Under the pieces are notes generated by a model. That model was not told the origin of the DNA. It did not search any database and saw nothing but the letters and a program-made list of their open reading frames with translations. From the IMG/VR virus record IMGVR_UViG_3300005393_000308: a DNA stretch of 30,972 bases; one strand, given 5' to 3'. The stretch's first letter is position 1. Each line of letters opens with the position of its first letter. This DNA is from a virus. Position numbers and translations under genes: made by a program. Below, piece by piece: positions 8,573 through 15,467 of this stretch.

Positions 8573-8770
8573 CTATGCAACGTATTTGTACCTCCAAGAG
8601 GCAAAACATACAAACTTGCAATCATCTGGTTTAGCCTGTTGGGTTAGTCTCTTGCCAGTATTGATGTCATGCAGACTTATTCTGTTGTTTATGTGCCCGC
8701 CAACATAGCACAGGCCGTATTTTGGGTGCTTAACGTAACTGCCACGTTTGAAGCCAAGTGACCTTGTACC
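8573..8770 (-). pseudogene. isrB: IsrB-like C-terminal remnant, absent from the ORF track
   Basis: Translates GTRSLGFKRGSYVKHPKYGLCYVGGHINNRISLHDINTGKRLTQQAKPDDCKFVCFASWRYKYVA*, which I recognise as the C-terminus of RRXRR/IsrB-type proteins. Confidence 0.75.
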
Positions 8771-8776
8771 ACATGA

Positions 8777-9442
8777 TCAGTAAGTAATTATCTTGTCTCT
8801 TTTGTACCACCTATTGCATTTACTACACAAAACCGAAAGATTTTCTAATGCAAAAAGTTGAACTATTTCTTGTTCGTTTTTAGCTGTTGACAGTGGAACT
8901 TTATGATCTATATCGAAATTATTCCAATCAATTGCTGAACCACATATTGGACACTTGTAATTATAGCGTTCCATCTCTCGTTTAATATGAGCTACAAACT
9001 CTTTTTTGGTATATGGTAAACAATTCCAACTTTTGCCTTTTAGATACTGTCGTAAAGCTACACGCAATCTATTAATCATTTTACCTTCTGGAGTTTGCCG
9101 CCATCTCCTACGATACTCTCTGTTCTTTTTACACCTCTTCAAAATTCTTTGTTTATCAGTTAATAGTGGTAAATATCTAGGACTTAGTCCCATAGATTTA
9201 CATCTCTCATTATGAGCCAACAGAATTTGTTTCGCTTTTCCTGGATTACGATTTCTATTTATAACAATTTTATTCTTGCACGTCTTACATGGTTTTCCTT
9301 CGCTAACAGAACGCTTCTGTACTTCATAAACCTTCTTACAAATTGGGCATAAACAAACTACCAACTTATGGCTGCCATTGGATAGTTCATTAGGATAATA
9401 ACCAAAACGTCTTTTTGTTTCCTCATTCAAGACAATTCCCAT
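8777..9442 (-). CDS. HNH endonuclease with an N-terminal zinc-ribbon
   Basis: N-terminal CPIC...CKTC; C-terminal CPICG...FDIDHKVPLS...ENLSVLCSKCN; visibly AT-richer than the flanks; RBS AAGGGAGG. Confidence 0.88.
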   Translation of the reverse strand: MGIVLNEETKRRFGYYPNELSNGSHKLVVCLCPICKKVYEVQKRSVSEGKPCKTCKNKIVINRNRNPGKAKQILLAHNERCKSMGLSPRYLPLLTDKQRILKRCKKNREYRRRWRQTPEGKMINRLRVALRQYLKGKSWNCLPYTKKEFVAHIKREMERYNYKCPICGSAIDWNNFDIDHKVPLSTAKNEQEIVQLFALENLSVLCSKCNRWYKRDKIITY

Positions 9443-9444
9443 TT

Positions 9445-9507
9445 ATCAACCTCCCTTACGTTGCTACCGCCATCGCAAGCCCCCGAATTTATTCGGGGGT
9501 AGTTGAC
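9445..9507 (-). ncRNA. Retained 5' domain of an IsrB/IscB omegaRNA (truncated)
   Basis: GUCAACUACC pairs with GGAGGUUGAU and encloses hairpins CCCCCGAA/UUCGGGGG and CUUGCG/CGUAAG; same architecture as the 5' end of the 21822-22003 element. Confidence 0.65.
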
Positions 9508-9735
9508 TGTCTGCCGGATACGGTTCTTCTTTGAGTTGCTCTTCCATTTCTCTTTTCTTTCTTCTGAGAAACTCCTTCAGGCTTTCCCTCGGATAAGAAG
9601 GTTCTTTGTGGGAATAGCTGCCTGCCGGATCTGTCTCTTCCTGCAAGCACTTTACAAAGTGTTTGATAAACTCATCTTCTCTTTTCTCAAAGAACTCCTC
9701 TAAGCTCTCTGCCATCGAATGATTCGCCTCCACTC

Positions 9736-10368
9736 TTAATCTGACTCGCCGGTCATCGCCAGGTACTGGTTCCATTCGTCGTCTGAATATGCCTCAGACT
9801 TGAAGGGAGGCGGTTCCTTTTTAAACTGCTTGTAATGTTTGGAGAGGTGGGAATACGCTGCTTTCTTATCAGGGGGCGAGGTTTTCATAAGGAAACTCAT
9901 TGCAGCTTTTACTCCTCCCCAGACTACGTAAAGCGTACCATTCTTGACATCGTGGTGAGGATATTTATATGACCCGAAGTTTTCTGGATCTCCATCAACG
10001 ATCAGGAAGGCCTTTTTATACTTTCCCCAGTTAATCTTGTCCTTTGAACCGGAGCCATCACTGCTTGCCCATTTGGCAATTCTCGCTCTTGCGGCGGCCG
10101 CGTCCCAGCTACTACTGTCATCGGTTGGCCCGCTGCTATAGGGGACTACGCCTTCAGTTGCGTTTCCTTCAGGCTCCACATCCCCGGCGGCAAGTTCGAT
10201 TTCCCTGACCATCTGCTGGATTTCTTCTCCTGTCGGTATCCTACCCTCGTCTGCAAACTCCTCCATGGCCTTCCTGTATTCCTCGGAGATTACCTTAATA
10301 GTGCCATCGTCGTGTTCCTCGATTACTGTCTGTCCAGTTTTGGGGTTAACGATTCTTATAAATCCCAT
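9736..10368 (-). CDS. Phage hypothetical protein with a WDAAAA...KY.KAF...SYK.PHH domain
   Basis: Strong RBS AAGGAGG; acidic N-terminus followed by a domain resembling accessory domains of phage prohead proteases (recognition from memory). Confidence 0.7.
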   Translation of the reverse strand: MGFIRIVNPKTGQTVIEEHDDGTIKVISEEYRKAMEEFADEGRIPTGEEIQQMVREIELAAGDVEPEGNATEGVVPYSSGPTDDSSSWDAAAARARIAKWASSDGSGSKDKINWGKYKKAFLIVDGDPENFGSYKYPHHDVKNGTLYVVWGGVKAAMSFLMKTSPPDKKAAYSHLSKHYKQFKKEPPPFKSEAYSDDEWNQYLAMTGESD

Positions 10369-10386
10369 TTGTAGTCCTCCTTTTGG

Positions 10387-11175
10387 CTAATTAGCTAGTA
10401 ACCATTTCATCTGTGCGCACAGGAAGTAGTATGTGCATCTATCGCAGTCCCGGCCGGCCGCCGGGTAGTAAACCCTGCGCCCTATGCTGTCGATTACGCT
10501 GTCAACCACTACTTCTGTTACCTTCAGGTCTTTGCTTCCTATATTGATTGATTCAAAGCGCCCCTGTTCAATGTAATATACGCCTACCGCGTTGAGCGGC
10601 TTGTTCAGCAGTTTCCGGCAGGCGGCGCTGGCCGCTATCACCGAGAGGTCAGCGCTGACCAGTTTGCGCTGTTGTTTGTTCTTGTCCTGCTGCAGCATGA
10701 CCAGTTCCAGTTGGCGGCCTCGTTTGACCACTGTGTCTATTACTCCAGTTACTGCCCCATGTTTCAGGTCTATTGTATATTTGCAGTTTATCAGCACCGG
10801 CTGGCCTCCATATTGTTTTAGCTGCTCCTGCATGGCAACGCACTGTTCGAGTCCCCGTTTGAGCGCGCCCGGGTCAAGCTTCTTTCTTACAGCAGAGAGA
10901 TGTTTAAACGTGGACTTTATAAGCCTGTTGTAGGCGTTCTTGACCTCGTGTTTATTCGGGTATGAACCTCCTTGTGCGCTGTACATAATAAAGTAAAACA
11001 CCCGCCTGATACAGGTATAGTGCAGGTTGTCGCTGTCTGTTTTCACACCTGCGGGCGTTTCATGTTTGTAGTGGTAATATAGTGGGCAATAGCAGTAATC
11101 TTTGATCGATTCTATATCATACGTTTTCTGCTCTGCGTTGCACACCATACGGTATTGCACTGCCCATCTGGCCAC
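10387..11175 (-). CDS. PD-(D/E)XK superfamily (Cas4/RecB/AddB-like) protein, possibly inactive
   Basis: N-terminal YCYCPLYYHY and C-terminal CDRCTYYFLC (Fe-S staple pattern), plus GVID. Start uncertain. Confidence 0.7.
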   Translation of the reverse strand: MARWAVQYRMVCNAEQKTYDIESIKDYCYCPLYYHYKHETPAGVKTDSDNLHYTCIRRVFYFIMYSAQGGSYPNKHEVKNAYNRLIKSTFKHLSAVRKKLDPGALKRGLEQCVAMQEQLKQYGGQPVLINCKYTIDLKHGAVTGVIDTVVKRGRQLELVMLQQDKNKQQRKLVSADLSVIAASAACRKLLNKPLNAVGVYYIEQGRFESINIGSKDLKVTEVVVDSVIDSIGRRVYYPAAGRDCDRCTYYFLCAQMKWLLAN

Positions 11176-11317
11176 CCGGCACAGATCGATCCAGTATGTC
11201 TTCTACTTTATTGCGCACACATTCCCAGTGAATGCTCCACTTTCTTTCGTATGCGGCTACCCGCGGGTCGCTTGAGTACTCCGTAATCTCCTGCTTACAC
11301 CAGATGCATTTCTGCAT
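11117..11317 (-). CDS. Small putative zinc-binding protein
   Basis: RBS AAGGAG; ATG overlaps the upstream stop (TAATG); CIWC...HWEC. Confidence 0.5.
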   Translation of the reverse strand: MQKCIWCKQEITEYSSDPRVAAYERKWSIHWECVRNKVEDILDRSVPGGQMGSAIPYGVQRRAENV

Positions 11318-11502
11318 TACTTCAACTCTCCTTCTGTTGCCTTGTTGGACTTCTGGTAGTTTGCCAGGGAAATGATTAGCTTGGGCTGGGGCTTGTTCTT
11401 CATAAGCCACCTCAGCCTGAACCAGTTTGTGCATTTGTAAACTCCGTACCAGGTGATTACCCTATGCCTTTTATCGCTGCAAATAAAGTCCAGCACTTTC
11501 AA
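11317..11502 (-). CDS. Small hypothetical protein
   Basis: GGAGG upstream of a TTG start; stop coupled to the next gene. Confidence 0.45.
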   Translation of the reverse strand: MKVLDFICSDKRHRVITWYGVYKCTNWFRLRWLMKNKPQPKLIISLANYQKSNKATEGELK

Positions 11503-12139
11503 TAAACCTCCAGATATCTTCCAGGTCGTAATCAGGATATATGCCGAGGAGTAGGGGCTTGTCTTGTTGGAGGATAATCAGCGTCGTTTCTTCCGGCTGT
11601 AGCAAGATATTGTATCTTACGGAAAACCTGTTGTCGTCGATTGAGTTTATATGTGTAATCAGCCCGGTCTGTATGCGGTATTGATCGTTCTCAGGCCACG
11701 ACACCGCTATTATTTCCTGTAATGGCCTAAGGGATTTAGCTGTCGCGTCATCACACAGCTCAAGATAGTAGTTGTATTTTACGTCGTCCAGTAACCGTAC
11801 AAGGCAAAGTTTCTTTGCTGCTTTCCTGTCGTCTACTGCTTCTACGCAGCCTGGTATCACCCTCTGTACCGGGATTAGCCCTTTCTCGCCCGGCTCATAC
11901 TGAAGCATTGTCACCGGTATTATGTTTCCCTGCTGCAGGTACCCCGTGCAGGTCAATACCCTGGTAATGTACTGTGTGCCGTCGGTTGACGGCCTTGAAT
12001 CTATCACGGCTCCCGTACTTCCGCCGGCCGTCACTACCGGATAGAGTACATATTTATAATAGTCATCTCCTACGCTCTCATCCTGGGGAAGGAGCATTAA
12101 TTTTGCCCTCCGCCCGCTTCCTGGTCCTCCTATAGTCAA
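11471..12139 (-). CDS. Hypothetical protein, possibly a catalytically dead trypsin-like fold
   Basis: RBS AAAGGAGG with TTG start; motif order resembles HtrA/trypsin-2 without the catalytic triad (see findings). Confidence 0.6.
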   Translation of the reverse strand: MTIGGPGSGRRAKLMLLPQDESVGDDYYKYVLYPVVTAGGSTGAVIDSRPSTDGTQYITRVLTCTGYLQQGNIIPVTMLQYEPGEKGLIPVQRVIPGCVEAVDDRKAAKKLCLVRLLDDVKYNYYLELCDDATAKSLRPLQEIIAVSWPENDQYRIQTGLITHINSIDDNRFSVRYNILLQPEETTLIILQQDKPLLLGIYPDYDLEDIWRFIESAGLYLQR

Positions 12140-12149
12140 TCCCTCCTTT

Positions 12150-12386
12150 CTACTTATGTCTGTGAGCTCTGTTGGAGAAGTTTTCCCGCCTGATCATCAA
12201 TTCCCTCTCTTTCTCTGTGTGGTGGCATACGGGAATCTCGCACCTCTGGCATTTGACGAACAGGTGAGAGGCTTTGACCATGCACCTGAAACATATAGGA
12301 CAGGGGGAGTAGCGCGGGCAGTTTACCCGGGCCGCTTCCTCTTCCCATATTCTTCTGTTTGATCTGATGGTGAATGTATCAGACAT
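12150..12386 (-). CDS. Small Cys/His-rich putative zinc-finger protein (start moved to 12386)
   Basis: AGAGGTG before MSDTFTIR; CPRYSPCPICFRC...CQRC...CHH. Confidence 0.6.
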   Translation of the reverse strand: MSDTFTIRSNRRIWEEEAARVNCPRYSPCPICFRCMVKASHLFVKCQRCEIPVCHHTEKERELMIRRENFSNRAHRHK

Positions 12387-12391
12387 TTGTA

Positions 12392-13336
12392 CTACACCTC
12401 TTGATCGCTGTCGCCGGCTTGTGCTTCTTGTTCCTTTTTTATTGGGGAACCTGCCTGACAATATTGCTCCAGTCGTTGCTGGATTGCCTTGTTATATGCA
12501 CTTGATCTTCCAGTATATGGCCCACTGACCATCCCTATCTTGTAAGTGATTGCCGTGTCTACGATTACTTTATCTGTGTCAGCGTCCATGTATAATGCCG
12601 GTTCACTACAGTTGGTCAGGTCAAAATACATTTCACACCCATATTCATTTGCACATTGGATTACAATGTCGCATTCATCTGGCCATACAGGGTATCTATA
12701 ATATAAGGGAACCCAGATTTTGATTGTGTTGTTCTCTATTGCTACTCTTTTAATTGACCCTGTGAGAGTGCTATAAACTACTTCGTCTTCGCTCAGCACT
12801 ATGACATGGATATCTGCTGATCCGTATGTTACGATGTATGCTTCGTTGTTTTCGTGGTGACCGTTCTCCATTAACTTATCTGCTACCTCATTAAACCTAT
12901 CAATAAGCGGCCACCTGTTGTATTTTTCATCATCACTACGTGGTTCGAGTTTTATCGGCCCGCTGATACCTTCCCGCCCGCCTGTAGTTTCATCACTCTT
13001 ATCTGGTAATGGTCTGATATATGCCAAGAGTGGGTCTTTTTGTGGAACTACCGTATAGCCGCATTTTTGGCCGAACTCAATTATATTTACCCATGGGAAC
13101 CCGTCTATTAGTGTGTAGTTGAGTAACCTCCCTTTTATTGCTAGCTTGAAACCATCCCATTCGAGGACTTCCCCAGTGATACGCGCCAGCTGGTGCGCAT
13201 GTGCCAGGTAAATCGCTATCTGGTCTTTTTCGTTGATTCTGATATATGGCTTGCTGATAGCCGCCATACCGACAACGTCGGCCAGCTTGTTGTCGATTTG
13301 AATGATTCTGATATATGGCTCGCTGATAATCGCCAT
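12392..13336 (-). CDS. Hypothetical protein with a duplicated N-terminal peptide and a possible copper-amine-oxidase-N-like domain
   Basis: RBS AGGAGG; QLARITGEVLEWDG and TLIDGFPWVNIIEFGQKCGYTV echo the Cu_amine_oxidN1 repeat pattern (weak). Confidence 0.65.
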   Translation of the reverse strand: MAIISEPYIRIIQIDNKLADVVGMAAISKPYIRINEKDQIAIYLAHAHQLARITGEVLEWDGFKLAIKGRLLNYTLIDGFPWVNIIEFGQKCGYTVVPQKDPLLAYIRPLPDKSDETTGGREGISGPIKLEPRSDDEKYNRWPLIDRFNEVADKLMENGHHENNEAYIVTYGSADIHVIVLSEDEVVYSTLTGSIKRVAIENNTIKIWVPLYYRYPVWPDECDIVIQCANEYGCEMYFDLTNCSEPALYMDADTDKVIVDTAITYKIGMVSGPYTGRSSAYNKAIQQRLEQYCQAGSPIKKEQEAQAGDSDQEV

Positions 13337-13339
13337 ACC
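13234..13339. repeat. 37-bp direct repeat pair (34/37 identical) with a 69-bp period
   Basis: 13234-13270 and 13303-13339; they encode MAIISEPYIRI and MAAISKPYIRI. Confidence 0.85.
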
Positions 13340-13347
13340 TGTGCCTC

Positions 13348-14325
13348 CTATCTATTTTTACTGCTGATAGTATCTAGGTACTTCCGGTGGGTCGCATCGT
13401 CGGGTTCCTGGAAGTATGCCAGCTCGGGAATGAATTCAAAACAGATGCGCCCCTTGTAGGAGTTAAACTTGTTCTTTGCTACATGGGTCTCGAAGACGGG
13501 ATATTTGGCCACGTCGTTGGGCAGGTAGAAGAAGACGTCGGCGTTCTCGCCCCTGCTGCCCACGTCGTTGTAGCACAGGAGGATAGACTTGGCTTCGTAG
13601 CGGATCTTGACTGACTCCCGGATATCATCCAGCACTGGTCGCCGTAGACCGTTTAGCTTTCTCAGTTCGGCAGTGCAGACTACCGGAATATCAAGTTCGT
13701 TGGCGGCTTCAGAGAGGGTTTGCGCTATGTAGTCAAACTTGCTGTTCTCGCTGGATGTCTTTATATCGGGCAGGATATCGTGAAAGCTGTCGACGAATAC
13801 TACCAGCTGCATGGGCTCTTCCAGGGCGAGCAGGTCAACCCGCCGGCTTTTGATTAACTCCAGCAGCTGCCCGATGTTGCCCGCCTGGGCCCCGTCTATT
13901 ATTTCATATTTAAGTGCCATCTGTTTGAGAGTTTCTACCACGCTTTTTACAGAATTGAACGGCCCAGGCTCTCTTTCTTTGACTACACCCGCCCGTTTTA
14001 CCGTGTTTATCGGCAGTCCGGAGATGTGAGCTATCAGGCGGCAGTACTTCTCAAACTTCGTATCATCCAGGGTAACGTCAATGATGTGTATGTTGTTATT
14101 GTAATTAACCATCTGCCAGGCCAGCTGGTTGATAAACAAGCTTTTGCCGGAGTTCGACTCAGCGGCAACAATATGAAGGCCCGGCTGGAGTCCATTTAAG
14201 GCTCTGTCTAATCTGCGCCACCCTGTTTTGAGCCCTTCCCTCCCGCTTTCTATTACGGTTATGAACTCCTCAAGGTCGCCTATTGCGCTGTCCATCCAGG
14301 GCAGTACTGCTGCGTTACTTGCCAA
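13348..14325 (-). CDS. DnaB-like (SF4) replicative helicase, C-terminal domain only
   Basis: GLKTGWRRLDRALNGLQPG, Walker A AESNSGKS, Walker B VFVDS, RRPVLDDIRES and VAKNK. Confidence 0.88.
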   Translation of the reverse strand: MASNAAVLPWMDSAIGDLEEFITVIESGREGLKTGWRRLDRALNGLQPGLHIVAAESNSGKSLFINQLAWQMVNYNNNIHIIDVTLDDTKFEKYCRLIAHISGLPINTVKRAGVVKEREPGPFNSVKSVVETLKQMALKYEIIDGAQAGNIGQLLELIKSRRVDLLALEEPMQLVVFVDSFHDILPDIKTSSENSKFDYIAQTLSEAANELDIPVVCTAELRKLNGLRRPVLDDIRESVKIRYEAKSILLCYNDVGSRGENADVFFYLPNDVAKYPVFETHVAKNKFNSYKGRICFEFIPELAYFQEPDDATHRKYLDTISSKNR

Positions 14326-15325
14326 ACCTGCATTCCTCCGGTGTACACAGGGCTACCTGTTTAAAAGTGCGGCACCCAAATTTGTAGTCGTGCTTGTAAA
14401 CAGAGTTTACCGAACGCACTACCTCCCTGCTGTCAAGGCGCGGCTGGCACATGGCCCTATTCCAGTCCAGCAGTCTGGCTGTGGCCGTTTTTATATCCAT
14501 TCCCGTCTGTTTGAAGTAGCTGGCCAGCGCAGTTGCAATGTTGTTTCTGGTTCCTTTGGAGGCAGTTGTGGTCAACACATTCTTGACACATGGCGGCATA
14601 TACTTCAGGGTGCCGGCTTTTCTACCGCTGCTCACTTCTCTGTTATCCCTTATTTCGTTTACCCTGGCCAGGGCGCGTGCTACAGCTGTTCCAACAGGCG
14701 GCGGGTCTTCTCTAGGGTTTTTGGCTATAGCCTTGATCTCGTCAAGACCCAATCTGAGCACCTCATCATGCGCAATCCGCACTTTGTACAGCCCGCTCTT
14801 TTCGTGCCTGGAATTGACCAGCCGCCACATGCGCACCCGGTCGTATATCCGCAGGTCAATACTGTCCAAGTGCCGGCCGGGATGACAGGTGTGGATATCG
14901 GAAGCGATCTGGTGAAAGATGTCGTTCAGGTTTTCGCACGGTTCCAGACCGAAGACCTTTGACGGAATCAGCACGCTCAGCCCCTTACAGCCGGAGAAGT
15001 ACACGGCAGTATGGTTTTTCTTTATCCCGTAGTAGGTATCAAGGATAGCCATCAGGTAGAGAAAATCACGCCGTAGCCTTTGCCATGCTTCTTCCCCACC
15101 TTCAAACAGGCCGGGCATGTCCAGGTCGATATAGAAAAAGGGAGCATAGATCCTGCCCCTCTTTTCCATGTTTGCATACCTGTAGGCGGTTGCAAACACG
15201 CCGGTGTTGCCGTACCTGGCTCTCAGCGTTTCTATATCTTCCGGCGTAACCATGATATTACGGTGGAATCCGCTTTTGCTTTTAACACCAAACTCAACCC
15301 ACCGGAATTCCTTGTCCTGCTGCAT
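14315..15325 (-). CDS. Archaeo-eukaryotic primase (AEP)-like protein with a PriCT-1-like C-terminus
   Basis: YIDLD, YFSGCKG, RMWRLVNSRHEKSGLY; C-terminal KGTRNN...WN...CQPRL..REV; adjacent to the helicase. Confidence 0.8.
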   Translation of the reverse strand: MQQDKEFRWVEFGVKSKSGFHRNIMVTPEDIETLRARYGNTGVFATAYRYANMEKRGRIYAPFFYIDLDMPGLFEGGEEAWQRLRRDFLYLMAILDTYYGIKKNHTAVYFSGCKGLSVLIPSKVFGLEPCENLNDIFHQIASDIHTCHPGRHLDSIDLRIYDRVRMWRLVNSRHEKSGLYKVRIAHDEVLRLGLDEIKAIAKNPREDPPPVGTAVARALARVNEIRDNREVSSGRKAGTLKYMPPCVKNVLTTTASKGTRNNIATALASYFKQTGMDIKTATARLLDWNRAMCQPRLDSREVVRSVNSVYKHDYKFGCRTFKQVALCTPEECRFGK

Positions 15326-15343
15326 ATACTACCCCCTACTTTA

Positions 15344-15372
15344 ATGATATACTGTATCTCAACTTATGTCAA
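15344..15372 (-). promoter_or_regulatory. SigmaA-type promoter of the replication operon
   Basis: TTGACA (15367-15372), 17-bp spacer, TATCAT (15344-15349), just upstream of RBS AGGGGG and the primase ATG. Confidence 0.75.
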
Positions 15373-15428
15373 TACCGTGTTACATAGTTTGTAATACTAA
15401 CTTACCCGGCCTGTAATATTGACCCGAC

Positions 15429-15453
15429 AAAAAACCCGCCTTCTGGCGGGGTT
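15429..15453 (-). terminator. Intrinsic terminator closing the structural operon
   Basis: CCCGCC-AGAA-GGCGGG-TTTTTT, about 15 bp after the stop at 15468. Confidence 0.88.
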
Positions 15454-15467
15454 GCAGTAGCATAATA

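Larger units (their letters stand above)
8511..9507 (-). mobile_element. IS200/IS605-family isrB/iscB-type element with its nuclease replaced by an HNH gene
   Basis: Starts GTCAACTACCCCCGAA-TAAA-TTCGGGGGCTTG (omegaRNA/HEARO-type 5' end). Ends GCGGCTTTCCTCCCCCGATT-GAAATCGGGGGCATCCAGCCGCAATTACCT, followed by GTGA. Contains an IsrB-like C-terminal remnant; excision restores the flanking ORF. Confidence 0.88.
8329..9715 (-). pseudogene. Hypothetical 129-aa phage gene split by the IS at 8511-9507 (5' part 9508-9715, 3' part 8329-8510)
   Basis: Joining 9508 to 8510 gives ...EEPYPAD-S-EFIIKATNEFWGNYIL...RYDNWCE* with no internal stop; GGAGG precedes ATG 9715. Confidence 0.8.

Noticed and set aside
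8774-8779. Selenocysteine recoding of the UGA
   Set aside because: No convincing SECIS-like hairpin or redox motif could be supported by eye.
8777-9442. The HNH domain of an IscB
   Set aside because: No PLMP, RuvC or bridge-helix motifs; it has its own start, zinc ribbon and distinct base composition.
9464-9507. C-terminus SQLPPNKFGGLRWR of a 103-aa gene
   Set aside because: It is read-through into the IS end; the true C-terminus is at 8329-8510.
13234-13339. Mini CRISPR array (37-bp repeats, 32-bp spacer) near a Cas4-like gene
   Set aside because: Only two repeats, an in-frame 69-bp coding period, no typical repeat termini, no leader and no cas1/cas2.
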